A DNA stretch of 64,000 bases from an uncultured Gemmatimonadaceae bacterium (lineage in GTDB: Bacteria; Gemmatimonadota; Gemmatimonadetes; Gemmatimonadales; Gemmatimonadaceae). Below the pieces are notes generated by a model. It was given only the letters and a program-made list of their open reading frames with translations. It searched no databases and was not told the DNA's origin. The position numbers were made by a program, and so were the translations under genes. The DNA lies in the NCBI GenBank assembly GCA_963781585.1, contig CAWAGQ010000014.1, forward strand, positions 96,001 to 160,000, in the 5' to 3' direction. This document shows, one piece after another, positions 40,887 through 50,729 of the stretch; the first letter of the stretch is position 1; each line of letters begins with the position of its first letter.

Positions 40887-43800
40887 GTGCGCGTCGCCCG
40901 GTTCGTCTCGGCCGCCCTGGCCGGTCTGTTCCTCCCCGCCGCTGCGCTGGGAGCGCAGCCCCCGCGGCGCGACAGCCTGCGGACCCGCCAAGCCGACACG
41001 ACCGCCACCCGGATTCCGAAGCCGGATACCACGAGTGCCGGAAGTCCGTCCGCAGGCGTGAGCGCGGCCTCCCAGCAGGACTCCGCGTTCTCGATGAAGC
41101 TCCTCGGTCGGCTGGAATTCCGGGGAGAGCGCACCAAGGACTACCTCTGCCTGTCCAACCAGGTCTTCAGCACATCGCTGCGCTGTCGCACGCACCTCAC
41201 TCCGGAGCTCGACTTCCAGTTCTCGCTCCTTTCCGCCGGAGCGGTCACCGACCGGGTGCACGTCGACGTCGACTACGACTCGCAGCGCGAGTTCGACGGC
41301 TCGAACAACATCTCCATCGCCTACAAGGGAAAGTCGGGCGAATTCCTGCAGGATGTCGAAGTGGGAAACGTCACCTTTGCGCCGCCCCCGTCGCGGTTCA
41401 TCACGTCCGGCATTCCCAGTGGCAACTACGGCGTGCTGGCCTCCGGCCAGGCGGGGAGCATGCGAATCAGCGCGATCGCCGCGCAGCAGAAGGGCAACGT
41501 GGTGCAGAACCAGGTATTCACCATCGGTGAGCGAATCGGCCAGCCGGTGGACCGGGACATCGAGGACTATCAGGTGGAGCCACGACGCTTCTTCTTCTCG
41601 GTCGACCCGGCGCTGTTCGGCTCGCGGTATCCGGGCATCGATATTCTCGACCCGAACCAGATGCGCTCTCTGGCCGCGTCGCTCCCCGACTCGCTGCGCC
41701 CGTCGCGGCTGTTTCTCTACCGGCTGCTGATCGGGGGCCAGCCGCCGAACCCGAACGGGCCCCGGTTCACGCTGCTGGACGACCCCGATTCGCGTCCGGG
41801 CCAGGTCTACGAACTCCTGCGGGAAGGGACCGACTACTACGTTGATCCATCGCTGCTCTGGTTCGCCCTGGTGCAACCGCTTGCGCTGCAGAACGAGCGC
41901 CTGGTGGTCGCGTATACGCTGCGCATCGGCGGGCGCGATACCACGATCGCGCGGCTGGGCGGCACCCCCGACCTGGCGTACACACCCAACCAGGCGCAGT
42001 ACGCGCATCTCGTCTGGGATCCACGCGTGTCGCCGGGCGACGCGGCGTTTCGTCGTGAGATCCGGTCGGTGTACCGGTTGGGCGGCGACGATGTGCGCCG
42101 CGAGACGGTGTCGCTGCGGATGACGGCCGGAACGGGCGCCGACCAGGAGAAGCCGCCCGGGGTGGCCACGACGTATCTGCAGATCTTTGGTCTGGCCCAG
42201 CGGACGAACTCGGCCGCGTTCGATGCCGGAAACCGCCTGTGGCCCCGGCCGCAGGATCCCAACGACCTGGTCAGCCCCACCGCCGACGCCGGTCGCATCC
42301 TGCACGACCTCTTCATCGTGTTCCCGTCGCTCGAGCCGTTTTCGGCCGGCGCGCTGGCTGCGCACCCGACCCTGGTGCCTAACGATACACTGTATCGCAC
42401 GCCTGACGAGTACCTCTATTCGCCGCAGCACCCGCAGTCGGTGTACCGGCTGCGGGTGGCCTATGAGGCGCGCGGCATCGCCGGGCCGGGCGCGGTCTCG
42501 CTCGGCTCCGGCCAGCTGCGCCCGGGCAGTGAGCGCCTCAGCCTCGACGGACGCACGCTGATTCGCGGCATCGACTACGACATCGACTACGATCTCGGCC
42601 GGGTGCAGCTGCTTACCGCCGATACCCTGAATCCGCGTCCGCAGCGCCTGGTGGTGCGGTACGAGGAGAATCCCCTGTTCACCAGCGTCCCCACGTCCAT
42701 CCTGGGGCTCTCCAGCCAGTGGACGCTTCCCTGGGGGAACGTCGCCTTCACGGCGCTTTCGCAGAGTCAGCGCACGACGTTCACGCGCCCCCCGCTGGGG
42801 TACGAGCCGCAGGGGTCGCTGATGGCCGGACTGACCGCGTCCCTGGGCTGGGGCCTGGGCGGCGTGTCGCGCAGTCTGGCCCACTGGCTGCCGCACGCCG
42901 ACAGCGCCGCGGCTTCGCGTCTGGACGTGCAGGCGGAGCTGGCGGTAAGCCAACCACGTCAGTCGGGATCGCAACAGGCATACCTCGCGTCGTTCGAGGG
43001 AGAAGGAGGGATCAACATCAACCTCCTCGCCAGCGGGTGGCTCTACAGCAGCCAGCCGGCGCTCGGCAGCCGGCTGGCCGCTCGCCTGGGCGCATCGACG
43101 TTCGATACGCTGCGCGCGGCGACCATGGCCTTTCAGAACTTCGGGACGGACGCCGATGGCGCCCCCGTCTCGTTTTCCCTGCCGCAGATCGATCCGCGCG
43201 TCGCCCTGGCCGGCGCGACCTTTCCCGGCCTCGAGCAGATTCTGTGGCTGACGCTGTATCCGCTGACGACCGGCGGGCTCTATGACGAGCAGACCGGCAC
43301 CTATCGATGGCAGGTCGGGCGTTCAGTCGCCGGACGCCGATGGCGCTCGGTGCGAACCCCGCTGGCGCCCGGCGGAAACGGCGTGGACCTCACCCAGGGC
43401 GAGCAGCTCGTCTTCTGGACGCTGGTCGACACGACATCCGCGCGCCTGCAGGAGAATCCGGTTCTGATCTTCGACTTCGGCGACGTTTCGGAGAACAGCG
43501 TCTTCTTCGCGCCGGAATCGCTGCACGTATCGGGCGGGGCACTCCGTGATTCCACCTACAGCGGGAAGACGCTGCAGGGATTCGATGTCCTCAACAGCGA
43601 GCGTGACCCGTTCTCGCGGGCCTTCAGCGCGCAAGTCAACGACCTGGGTCTTCCGGGCGATGTCGTGGATCGCCTGGTGGTCGCGGAAGGCGCGTCGGTG
43701 AGCACTGCGGTGAACGTGCCGGTCTGCCAGTTCGGGAGCGCCCGGATCCGGCGGCTGGGTGATGCGCGGGCCGACTGCACGGCACACAACAGCCGGCTCG

Positions 43801-46800
43801 ACGAGGAGGACATCGACCAGGATAATGTGCTGAACTTCACCTCCGCGCAGCGCGAACAGGAACGCGTGCGGCGGTACATCATCGACCTCGGCGATCCGCG
43901 TTCGTACAACCGGGTGGGCACCTGCGGTGTGACGGTGAACGATGTCAACAGCAGTCATCCCGCCGGGTCGCGGCTGTGCTGGGTCCAGGTCAGGGTGCCG
44001 TTCAACGCCCCGGATGATTCGACGAACGGCGGGCCGCTGCTGCGCCGGGTGCGGGCCCTCCGCCTCACCGTGGTGTCCGGTGCGGCCGTGCCCGATGATC
44101 GCTTCACGCTGGTGCCGGTGACGCAGTTGCGAGTGACCGGAGTGGCGTCCTGGCTGAAGCGCGCGGCGCGGCCGCTGCGCGGGCTGGGCGGGGAAGTGAC
44201 GGCGTCACCTGGTGGCTACGTGATCGCGACAACCATCGGGACGCAGGACCGGGACTCCACCAGCGGCTTGATCTACGATCCGCCGCCCGGTGTGAGTGAC
44301 CAACCAGAACAGCAGCAGACGCTGATCGGTCTCGGCGGTGTGCCCATCAACGAGACGTCGCTCCGGTTGCTGGCCGGCGATGTGCCGCGATACGGGCGCG
44401 CGGAGGCGTACACGCGTTTTCCGGAGGGACAGCGCAGTGTGATGACGTATCGCGAACTGCGTCTCTGGGCGCGGGGACGCGGGCGCGGGTGGGGCATGAA
44501 CGGTGACCTGGAGTTCTTTGTCAAAATGGGTCGCGACGCAAGCAACTTCTATCTGTACCGCACCCCGATCAGTTCCGGGGCCGCTCGCTCGGCATGGGAG
44601 CCGGAGATTCACGTCGCCTTCTCGCGCTTCTACTCGCTGCGCGCACAACTCGAGAACGTCTACGCGAGGGGAGGAAACGAGTGGCCCGGGTGCAGTGCAG
44701 TGGATTCGGCATTGATCGCCGCGTCAGGTCTTCCCGCGGCCGGTGCAGGGACACGACTGGCGGCCTGCGACGGCGGATACATGGTGTATACCGTGAACGC
44801 CGCCGTGACGCCGCCGAATCTGAACGCGGTTCAGGAGATGGCCGTCGGACTGGTGCGGGTCGACTCGCTGCGCGGCGCCGATCCTCCCATGGCGGGCGAC
44901 ACGCTCGAGCTCTGGGTGGACGACATCCGACTGGGCGATGCGGTGCAGTCCACCGGCTACGCGGGACGGCTTGCGGCGACGTTCGTCGCCGGCGACGCGG
45001 GATCGCTGCGGCTCTCGATGACCCGCCACGACCCGAATTTCCGCCAGCTCGGGGAAGCGCCAAGCTTCTCCACCGGCGACGACTTCGAACTCTCCGGGAC
45101 GGTGCGGCTCGACCGCGCGCTGCCCGCGCGGCTGGGCCTCGCGATACCGCTCACCTTCACGCACACGGCGCAGGCATCCAGTCCCGTGTTCCTGTCCAAC
45201 TCGGACGTGCGAGGGTCGGGCATTGCGGGCCTTCGCTCTCCGCGCGGCGCGGTGACGGCGGTCTCGCTCAGCATGCGACGGTCGACGCCGATGACGGGAA
45301 CCTGGATCGCGCCGCTGGTGAACAACCTCGGACTGACCGTGACATGGAATGGCGCCGAGCGCCGCAGTGAGTTCCAGCGCGGCACCACCCAGGATACGCA
45401 CGTGGGTCTCGACTACTTCTTCCTCCGCGGCCAGCCGGCGACGTCGGACACGACGGAGCAGGGCGGATCCAGGATGACTCCGACGGCGGTTCGCCTGTCC
45501 TCCGACTTCGAGCGCGCCAGCCAGAACGTGAGTGCGTTCGCGCAGCCGGCGTTCACGCCTGACGACCCGGCTGGGCGCGTGGCCCTGGCCCAGCGCCTCC
45601 TGCGCAACGGGGCGTCGGTGGAGTTTCATCCGGCGAGGGATATCACCGCGCGCTGGGACGCCACGTCACTGCACGATCTGCGCAACTACGGTGATGTCAC
45701 GCCCGATGCGGCCCTTGCCGGCGACGCACGGTCGACCTTCGTGGGCCTCGACCTCGGTCTGGAGCGGCAGCGGGATCTGCTCGCCGATGTCCTGTATGCT
45801 CCGGGGGTGGCGGGATGGGTGCGCCCGCGAGTGGAGCTCTCCTCGAGCTACTCGATGTTGCGCGATCCGAATGCTCCGGTGCTGGTCGACGCCTCAACAG
45901 GGTCGTCGGGTCTGGCCAATCGCTTCGGGAACACCCAGCGCGCGCGCGCGTCCGCCACGGTGGACCTGCGCCGCGGGTTTGCAGCGCGTGTCCCCGAGGG
46001 ATCGATCGCCTCGGGGCTGCTGCGGGTCCTCGGCCCAATCGATCTCAGCGTGAGTCGGGACCAGTTCAGCGCCTACGATGCGGCCACGATCGGACCGTCA
46101 TTTGGATATCAGTTCGGACTGGGGAGCGTCGCCGATTTCCGCTCGGTGGCCGGCACGCTGGCGGGGAGCGCCGGCGGCGGTACGACGCTGGCGGCGTCGA
46201 ACACGCTGACCTTTCCGTTCGGCGCAACGCTTTCCCAGCAGATACAGCGCACCGACACCAGACATTGGGGTCGCCAACTGGACGAGCGCCAGATGCTGAT
46301 CGACGGGACGCAGGTGGTGTTCCCCGATGTGAGCCTGCGGTGGAGCGGGCGCCCGCTCTGGCTGGGCGCGCTGTTCTCGAACATCGCGGTGACGGCTCGG
46401 GCGGCACAGACGCGGCAGCGCTTCCTGGCGCCGTCCACCATCGCGGGGGCGCCGGATGAGGTCCGCGCGAGTCGCGTGCGGTCGTATCCCGTCACGGCCA
46501 GTATCACCACGGCCCCCGGCAAGGTGTCGCTGTCCGCGGCGTTTTCCCGCGTCACGCGTCTGGATTCCCTCCCGGGGAGCGCGGCGGAGTCGAGGACCTC
46601 GGACTTCAGCGCCGACCTCGCAAAGGAGTTCGGGTTGCCGGCCTCGTGGAACGCGGGGCGAGGGCTCCGGGCCCGTGTGTCCTTCCAGCGGGCGGAGACG
46701 CAGAGCTACGTTTCCAACGTGGTGGCGGTTGGCGCGCGCAGCCGATTGAGCGACAACGGGCGACACGCGTTCACGCTCAGCGCCGGCACCGATCTTTCGG

Positions 46801-46913
46801 AGAACCTGTCGATCAGCGTGCAGGGGTCGCAGGTGCTGTCATTCGACCGGAACTTCAACCGGCGATTTGCCCAGACGGTCCTGTCGGCCGTTCTGAACAT
46901 CCGGTTCTTCTAG
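40887..46913 (+). CDS. sprA: Giant outer-membrane protein, SprA/Sov (T9SS translocon)-like
   Basis: 2008 aa; signal peptide ending LGA|Q; VDVDYDSQREFDGSNNI.I.Y.G...E.LQ.VEVGNV, GIDYDIDYDLGRV, LDEEDID, ELWVDDIRL motifs recalled from the SprA family; beta-rich C-terminus ending in F. Confidence 0.75.
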   Translation: MRVARFVSAALAGLFLPAAALGAQPPRRDSLRTRQADTTATRIPKPDTTSAGSPSAGVSAASQQDSAFSMKLLGRLEFRGERTKDYLCLSNQVFSTSLRCRTHLTPELDFQFSLLSAGAVTDRVHVDVDYDSQREFDGSNNISIAYKGKSGEFLQDVEVGNVTFAPPPSRFITSGIPSGNYGVLASGQAGSMRISAIAAQQKGNVVQNQVFTIGERIGQPVDRDIEDYQVEPRRFFFSVDPALFGSRYPGIDILDPNQMRSLAASLPDSLRPSRLFLYRLLIGGQPPNPNGPRFTLLDDPDSRPGQVYELLREGTDYYVDPSLLWFALVQPLALQNERLVVAYTLRIGGRDTTIARLGGTPDLAYTPNQAQYAHLVWDPRVSPGDAAFRREIRSVYRLGGDDVRRETVSLRMTAGTGADQEKPPGVATTYLQIFGLAQRTNSAAFDAGNRLWPRPQDPNDLVSPTADAGRILHDLFIVFPSLEPFSAGALAAHPTLVPNDTLYRTPDEYLYSPQHPQSVYRLRVAYEARGIAGPGAVSLGSGQLRPGSERLSLDGRTLIRGIDYDIDYDLGRVQLLTADTLNPRPQRLVVRYEENPLFTSVPTSILGLSSQWTLPWGNVAFTALSQSQRTTFTRPPLGYEPQGSLMAGLTASLGWGLGGVSRSLAHWLPHADSAAASRLDVQAELAVSQPRQSGSQQAYLASFEGEGGININLLASGWLYSSQPALGSRLAARLGASTFDTLRAATMAFQNFGTDADGAPVSFSLPQIDPRVALAGATFPGLEQILWLTLYPLTTGGLYDEQTGTYRWQVGRSVAGRRWRSVRTPLAPGGNGVDLTQGEQLVFWTLVDTTSARLQENPVLIFDFGDVSENSVFFAPESLHVSGGALRDSTYSGKTLQGFDVLNSERDPFSRAFSAQVNDLGLPGDVVDRLVVAEGASVSTAVNVPVCQFGSARIRRLGDARADCTAHNSRLDEEDIDQDNVLNFTSAQREQERVRRYIIDLGDPRSYNRVGTCGVTVNDVNSSHPAGSRLCWVQVRVPFNAPDDSTNGGPLLRRVRALRLTVVSGAAVPDDRFTLVPVTQLRVTGVASWLKRAARPLRGLGGEVTASPGGYVIATTIGTQDRDSTSGLIYDPPPGVSDQPEQQQTLIGLGGVPINETSLRLLAGDVPRYGRAEAYTRFPEGQRSVMTYRELRLWARGRGRGWGMNGDLEFFVKMGRDASNFYLYRTPISSGAARSAWEPEIHVAFSRFYSLRAQLENVYARGGNEWPGCSAVDSALIAASGLPAAGAGTRLAACDGGYMVYTVNAAVTPPNLNAVQEMAVGLVRVDSLRGADPPMAGDTLELWVDDIRLGDAVQSTGYAGRLAATFVAGDAGSLRLSMTRHDPNFRQLGEAPSFSTGDDFELSGTVRLDRALPARLGLAIPLTFTHTAQASSPVFLSNSDVRGSGIAGLRSPRGAVTAVSLSMRRSTPMTGTWIAPLVNNLGLTVTWNGAERRSEFQRGTTQDTHVGLDYFFLRGQPATSDTTEQGGSRMTPTAVRLSSDFERASQNVSAFAQPAFTPDDPAGRVALAQRLLRNGASVEFHPARDITARWDATSLHDLRNYGDVTPDAALAGDARSTFVGLDLGLERQRDLLADVLYAPGVAGWVRPRVELSSSYSMLRDPNAPVLVDASTGSSGLANRFGNTQRARASATVDLRRGFAARVPEGSIASGLLRVLGPIDLSVSRDQFSAYDAATIGPSFGYQFGLGSVADFRSVAGTLAGSAGGGTTLAASNTLTFPFGATLSQQIQRTDTRHWGRQLDERQMLIDGTQVVFPDVSLRWSGRPLWLGALFSNIAVTARAAQTRQRFLAPSTIAGAPDEVRASRVRSYPVTASITTAPGKVSLSAAFSRVTRLDSLPGSAAESRTSDFSADLAKEFGLPASWNAGRGLRARVSFQRAETQSYVSNVVAVGARSRLSDNGRHAFTLSAGTDLSENLSISVQGSQVLSFDRNFNRRFAQTVLSAVLNIRFF

Positions 46914-46926
46914 CTGGAGCATTGAG

Positions 46927-47835
46927 GTGAGAATGTTCGCGATGCTCTGCGCGCTGTTCGCGCTCAGCGGATGTCACCGCGGGAGCGACGTGCGCGGCAC
47001 ACCGTTCGATGGGGAGAAGGCCCTGGGCTATGTCCGGACCTTCATGGACTTCGGACCCCGGGTGCCCGGGACCGACGCCGCGCGGCGCGCCGGCGACTGG
47101 ATCACGGACGAGATGCGGCAGCGCGCGGACACGGTGGTCGAGCAGCGTTGGACGCACGTGACCGCGAAGGGAGACTCGCTTCCCCTGCGCAACATCCTCG
47201 CGCGCTACCGGCCGGCCGCGTCGGCCCGGATCCTCTACGTCACCCACTGGGATTCCCGGCCGGTATCCGACGAATCTCCCGACCCCGCCAAGCGCAAACT
47301 GCCAGTTCCGGGCGCCAACGATGGTGGATCGGGCGTGGGGCTCTTTCTGGCGTTAGGCGACGCTCTGAAGTCCGCACCGCCGTCGGTGGGTGTGGATCTG
47401 CTGTTCGTGGACGGAGAGGACTACGGCCAGTTCGGTCCCCCCGACGTCGACGTGCTCATGGGATCGGAGTACTTCGCGCACCATCTGCCGTCGCCCGAGT
47501 ACCAGATCCTGTTCGGTGTGTTGTGGGACATGATCGGCGACTCCGACCTGCAGATCTATCAGGAGCAGATCTCCGCCGAGAAGGCACCCGAGGTCGTGAC
47601 GCGTGTCTGGGAAACCGCGGCCGACCTCGGGTACTCCAGCTACTTCCGGCCGCAGGCGCGCTACAGCATTACCGACGATCACGTGCCGCTGCTCGACGCC
47701 GGATTGCGGGTCATCGATGTCATCGACTTCGACTACCTGCCGTATCACCACACGCCCGAAGACACGATCGACAAGCTCTCGGCCCATTCGCTCAAGGTGG
47801 TGGGCGACGTGGCCTGGCGCGTGCTGCAGCAGTAG
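46927..47835 (+). CDS. M28 family zinc lipoprotein, glutaminyl-cyclase-like
   Basis: Lipobox LSGC; FGPRVPGT, HWDSRP, GANDGGSG, DGEDYG, DMIGD, DDH, HHT.ED. Confidence 0.88.
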   Translation: MRMFAMLCALFALSGCHRGSDVRGTPFDGEKALGYVRTFMDFGPRVPGTDAARRAGDWITDEMRQRADTVVEQRWTHVTAKGDSLPLRNILARYRPAASARILYVTHWDSRPVSDESPDPAKRKLPVPGANDGGSGVGLFLALGDALKSAPPSVGVDLLFVDGEDYGQFGPPDVDVLMGSEYFAHHLPSPEYQILFGVLWDMIGDSDLQIYQEQISAEKAPEVVTRVWETAADLGYSSYFRPQARYSITDDHVPLLDAGLRVIDVIDFDYLPYHHTPEDTIDKLSAHSLKVVGDVAWRVLQQ

Positions 47836-47981
47836 CCTGGCCGCGCTCCCGGGTCGCGCGCCGGCGGCGTGACGGGCTGGTCTGCGTCCGGGAGCGGCGG
47901 GCCGTGTCTCAGGCATTCCCGCGCACCGCCCTGCGTTCACATGATCACGGTCAGGGCCGACCGCCGATGTAGTATCGGCCC

Positions 47982-48542
47982 ATGGTGAGCGCGTCCGAGC
48001 GTCGTGCGCTGATTCTGGTGACCACCGTGCTGTGTCTGGGCGTCGTCGCCCGGATCGGCCGTGCGCGCGGTGCGCATCCCGAGCCGACGGCGTCGGAGCA
48101 ACGCGCGCTCGACATCCAGATCGCACGCGTGGAGAGCGCCAGGGCGGTCCGGCAGGGTGGAGCGCGCGGCCCGCGCCCCACGCGGGCCGCTGTGGCCGTG
48201 CCGAGGGACCGGGTTGTCGCCCGCGACACCGTCCGGACCCAGGCTCATGACCCGCCGCGCCCGCTCCTGGACGTCGACCGGGCTTCCGCGAGCGAAATGG
48301 AGCGCCTTCCATATGTAGGGCAGGTGCTCGCCGACCGCATCGTTGCCGACCGGACGGCCTGCGGTCCCTTCGGCTCGCTGGAGGAGCTGAAGCGGGTGCG
48401 AGGCATCGGCGATGCGATGGCAGCGCGCCTCGCTCCGCTCGTGACGTTTTCGGCCCCGCCACGTCCTAGGGGTGCGGCGCCGGCACCCACGTGTCCGGGC
48501 GCCGTCAAACGCGCCGCGCCTCGCGGGCGTGGACGGCCCTGA
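47982..48542 (+). CDS. comEA: ComEA-family helix-hairpin-helix DNA-binding protein
   Basis: N-terminal TM; LDVDRASASEMERLPYVGQVLADRIV, GPFGSLEELKRVRGIG. Confidence 0.85.
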   Translation: MVSASERRALILVTTVLCLGVVARIGRARGAHPEPTASEQRALDIQIARVESARAVRQGGARGPRPTRAAVAVPRDRVVARDTVRTQAHDPPRPLLDVDRASASEMERLPYVGQVLADRIVADRTACGPFGSLEELKRVRGIGDAMAARLAPLVTFSAPPRPRGAAPAPTCPGAVKRAAPRGRGRP

Positions 48543-48624
48543 CGGCGCTTGTCCATGCACGATGGGCGCGGCGTCTGCCTTTCGGCTCGGCTGCGTCGGA
48601 ACCTCTTCATTTTCGCACGATCGC

Positions 48625-50451
48625 ATGACGACTCCAGTCGCCGCGCTTCCCGAGCGCATCACGGAGCTGCTGCTCAGCGAAGGGTTCATCACGCGCGAGC
48701 ACCTCGATCGGGCACAGCGCGACGCGAAAAACAACGGGTCCACCGTCACCTACGCGCTGATCAAGACCGGCGCGCTGGATGAGGTCGAACTCACCAAGAT
48801 CATCGCGAGAACCTACCGCATGCCCGCGGTGGACCTCGCGAAGTTCGAGGTCGACGGCCGCATTCTCAAGCTGGTGCCGGCGGAACTGGCCACCAAGCAC
48901 CTGATCCTGCCGCTCAAACGCGACGGGCGCACGCTCACGGTGGCCATCGCCGACCCGACGAATCTGGAGATTCTCGACGACCTCAAGTTCATCACGCGTT
49001 ACGACATCTTCCCCGTGCTGGCCGGGGAATACACCCTGCGCGAAGTCATCGAACGCGGGTACGACACCGGCGATGTGGCGATGCAGTCGCTGCTCGACGA
49101 TATCGCGGGCCTCGAAGGCGACGTCGAGGTCGTGGCGGAGGAAGAGGAGGACCTTTCCACCGCGGCGCTGGCTGCGGCGGTCGACGACGCCCCGGTCGTC
49201 AAGCTCATCAACGCGATTCTCACCGACGCGGTGAAGCGCGGGGCGAGCGACATCCATTTCGAGAGCTTCGAGCACGAGCTGCGCGTACGCTACCGCATCG
49301 ACGGCGCGCTGCAGGAGGTGATGAAGCCGCCGTTCAAGCTGAAAGCGGCGCTCATCTCGCGCTTCAAGATCATGTCGCAGCTCAACATCGCCGAGCGGCG
49401 CGTGCCCCAGGACGGGCGCATCAAGTTGAAGATCGGCAACAAGGTCATCGACTATCGCGTGTCCACCCTCCCCACCTTGTTCGGCGAGAAGGTCGTGCTC
49501 CGGATTCTCGACAAGGGGAACCTGACGCTCGAACTGGAGAAGTTCGGGATGGAGCCCAGCGCCGAGCGGTCGCTCATGGAAGCGATCATGAATCCGTACG
49601 GCATGGTGCTGGTGACCGGTCCAACCGGTTCAGGCAAGACGACCACGCTGTACTCGGCGCTGTCGAAGATCAACACGATGGACGTGAACATCATGACGGC
49701 CGAGGATCCCGTCGAGTACAACCTGTTCGGGATCAATCAGGTGCAGGTGCGCACCGAAATCGGAATGAGCTTCGCGGCCGCGCTGCGGGCGTTCCTTCGT
49801 CAGGATCCGAACATCATCATGGTGGGAGAGATCCGCGACCTGGAAACGGGTGGCATCGCGATCAAGGCCGCGCTCACCGGGCACCTGGTGCTGTCCACGC
49901 TGCACACCAACTCCGCGGCCGAGACGGTCACCCGTCTGCTGGACATGGGGCTGGAGCCGTACAACGTGGCGAGTGCGCTCAATCTGGTGGCCGCGCAGCG
50001 GCTGGTGCGCCGTATCTGTTCGCGCTGCAAGGAGAAGTACGTGCCGGAGGAGGAGGAGCTGGCGGGCGCGAAGGTGACGCGCGACACCACCATGGGCGAC
50101 CTGCGGCTCACCGCCGACGAACTGGAGATGGCCGTCGCGCGCGCGACACCGGAGGCGGAGACGCTTCTCAGGAATGTGACGCTCAACACCCCAATCGGCG
50201 AACTGCCCTTCTTCAGGGGTCGCGGATGCGAGGACTGCTCGGGCAGCGGCCTCAAGGGACGACAGGGCCTGTACGAGGTGCTCGCCATGTCTCCGCAGAT
50301 CCGCAAGCTGATTCTGCAGAACGCGAGCGGCGCCGAGTTGCGGGATGCGGCGATCGCGAATGGCATGCTGACCTTGCGGATGGACGGATGGCTAAAGGTC
50401 CTGAAGGGCATCACCACCCTGGAGCAGGTGATCCGCGAAACCAGTGCCTGA
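48625..50451 (+). CDS. pilB: Type IV pilus assembly ATPase
   Basis: ASDIHFE, AERRVPQDGR, GPTGSGKTTT, AFLRQDPNIIMVGEIRD, CxxC pairs. Confidence 0.93.
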   Translation: MTTPVAALPERITELLLSEGFITREHLDRAQRDAKNNGSTVTYALIKTGALDEVELTKIIARTYRMPAVDLAKFEVDGRILKLVPAELATKHLILPLKRDGRTLTVAIADPTNLEILDDLKFITRYDIFPVLAGEYTLREVIERGYDTGDVAMQSLLDDIAGLEGDVEVVAEEEEDLSTAALAAAVDDAPVVKLINAILTDAVKRGASDIHFESFEHELRVRYRIDGALQEVMKPPFKLKAALISRFKIMSQLNIAERRVPQDGRIKLKIGNKVIDYRVSTLPTLFGEKVVLRILDKGNLTLELEKFGMEPSAERSLMEAIMNPYGMVLVTGPTGSGKTTTLYSALSKINTMDVNIMTAEDPVEYNLFGINQVQVRTEIGMSFAAALRAFLRQDPNIIMVGEIRDLETGGIAIKAALTGHLVLSTLHTNSAAETVTRLLDMGLEPYNVASALNLVAAQRLVRRICSRCKEKYVPEEEELAGAKVTRDTTMGDLRLTADELEMAVARATPEAETLLRNVTLNTPIGELPFFRGRGCEDCSGSGLKGRQGLYEVLAMSPQIRKLILQNASGAELRDAAIANGMLTLRMDGWLKVLKGITTLEQVIRETSA

Positions 50452-50489
50452 TCGACGATTCGGGTCGCGTGCGGACCGGAACGTCGCTG

Positions 50490-50505
50490 CGTGATTTCTC
50501 TCACA
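50490..50505. promoter_or_regulatory. CRP/FNR-family-like box upstream of pilT
   Basis: CGTGA-tttctc-TCACA versus consensus TGTGA-N6-TCACA (one mismatch). Confidence 0.35.
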
Positions 50506-50729
50506 TTCGTGGCGACCGGGTGCCACGAGTTCAGCGTGACTCTTCGCGCGTGTTGCCAGTCTCGTAAGTGTCCGACGGCGCGCGGGCTACCCGCTGGACG
50601 CGCCATCTGTCCGTCTCTCGAACCGGCTCCACCCATGGCGGCGACCGCCCAGTTGTGTCGTTCGGTCTCCTCCGGCGTTGCGCGTCTCTCGCGCCCTGCC
50701 GCGCCGCCTCGCGCCTAACGCCGACCGCC

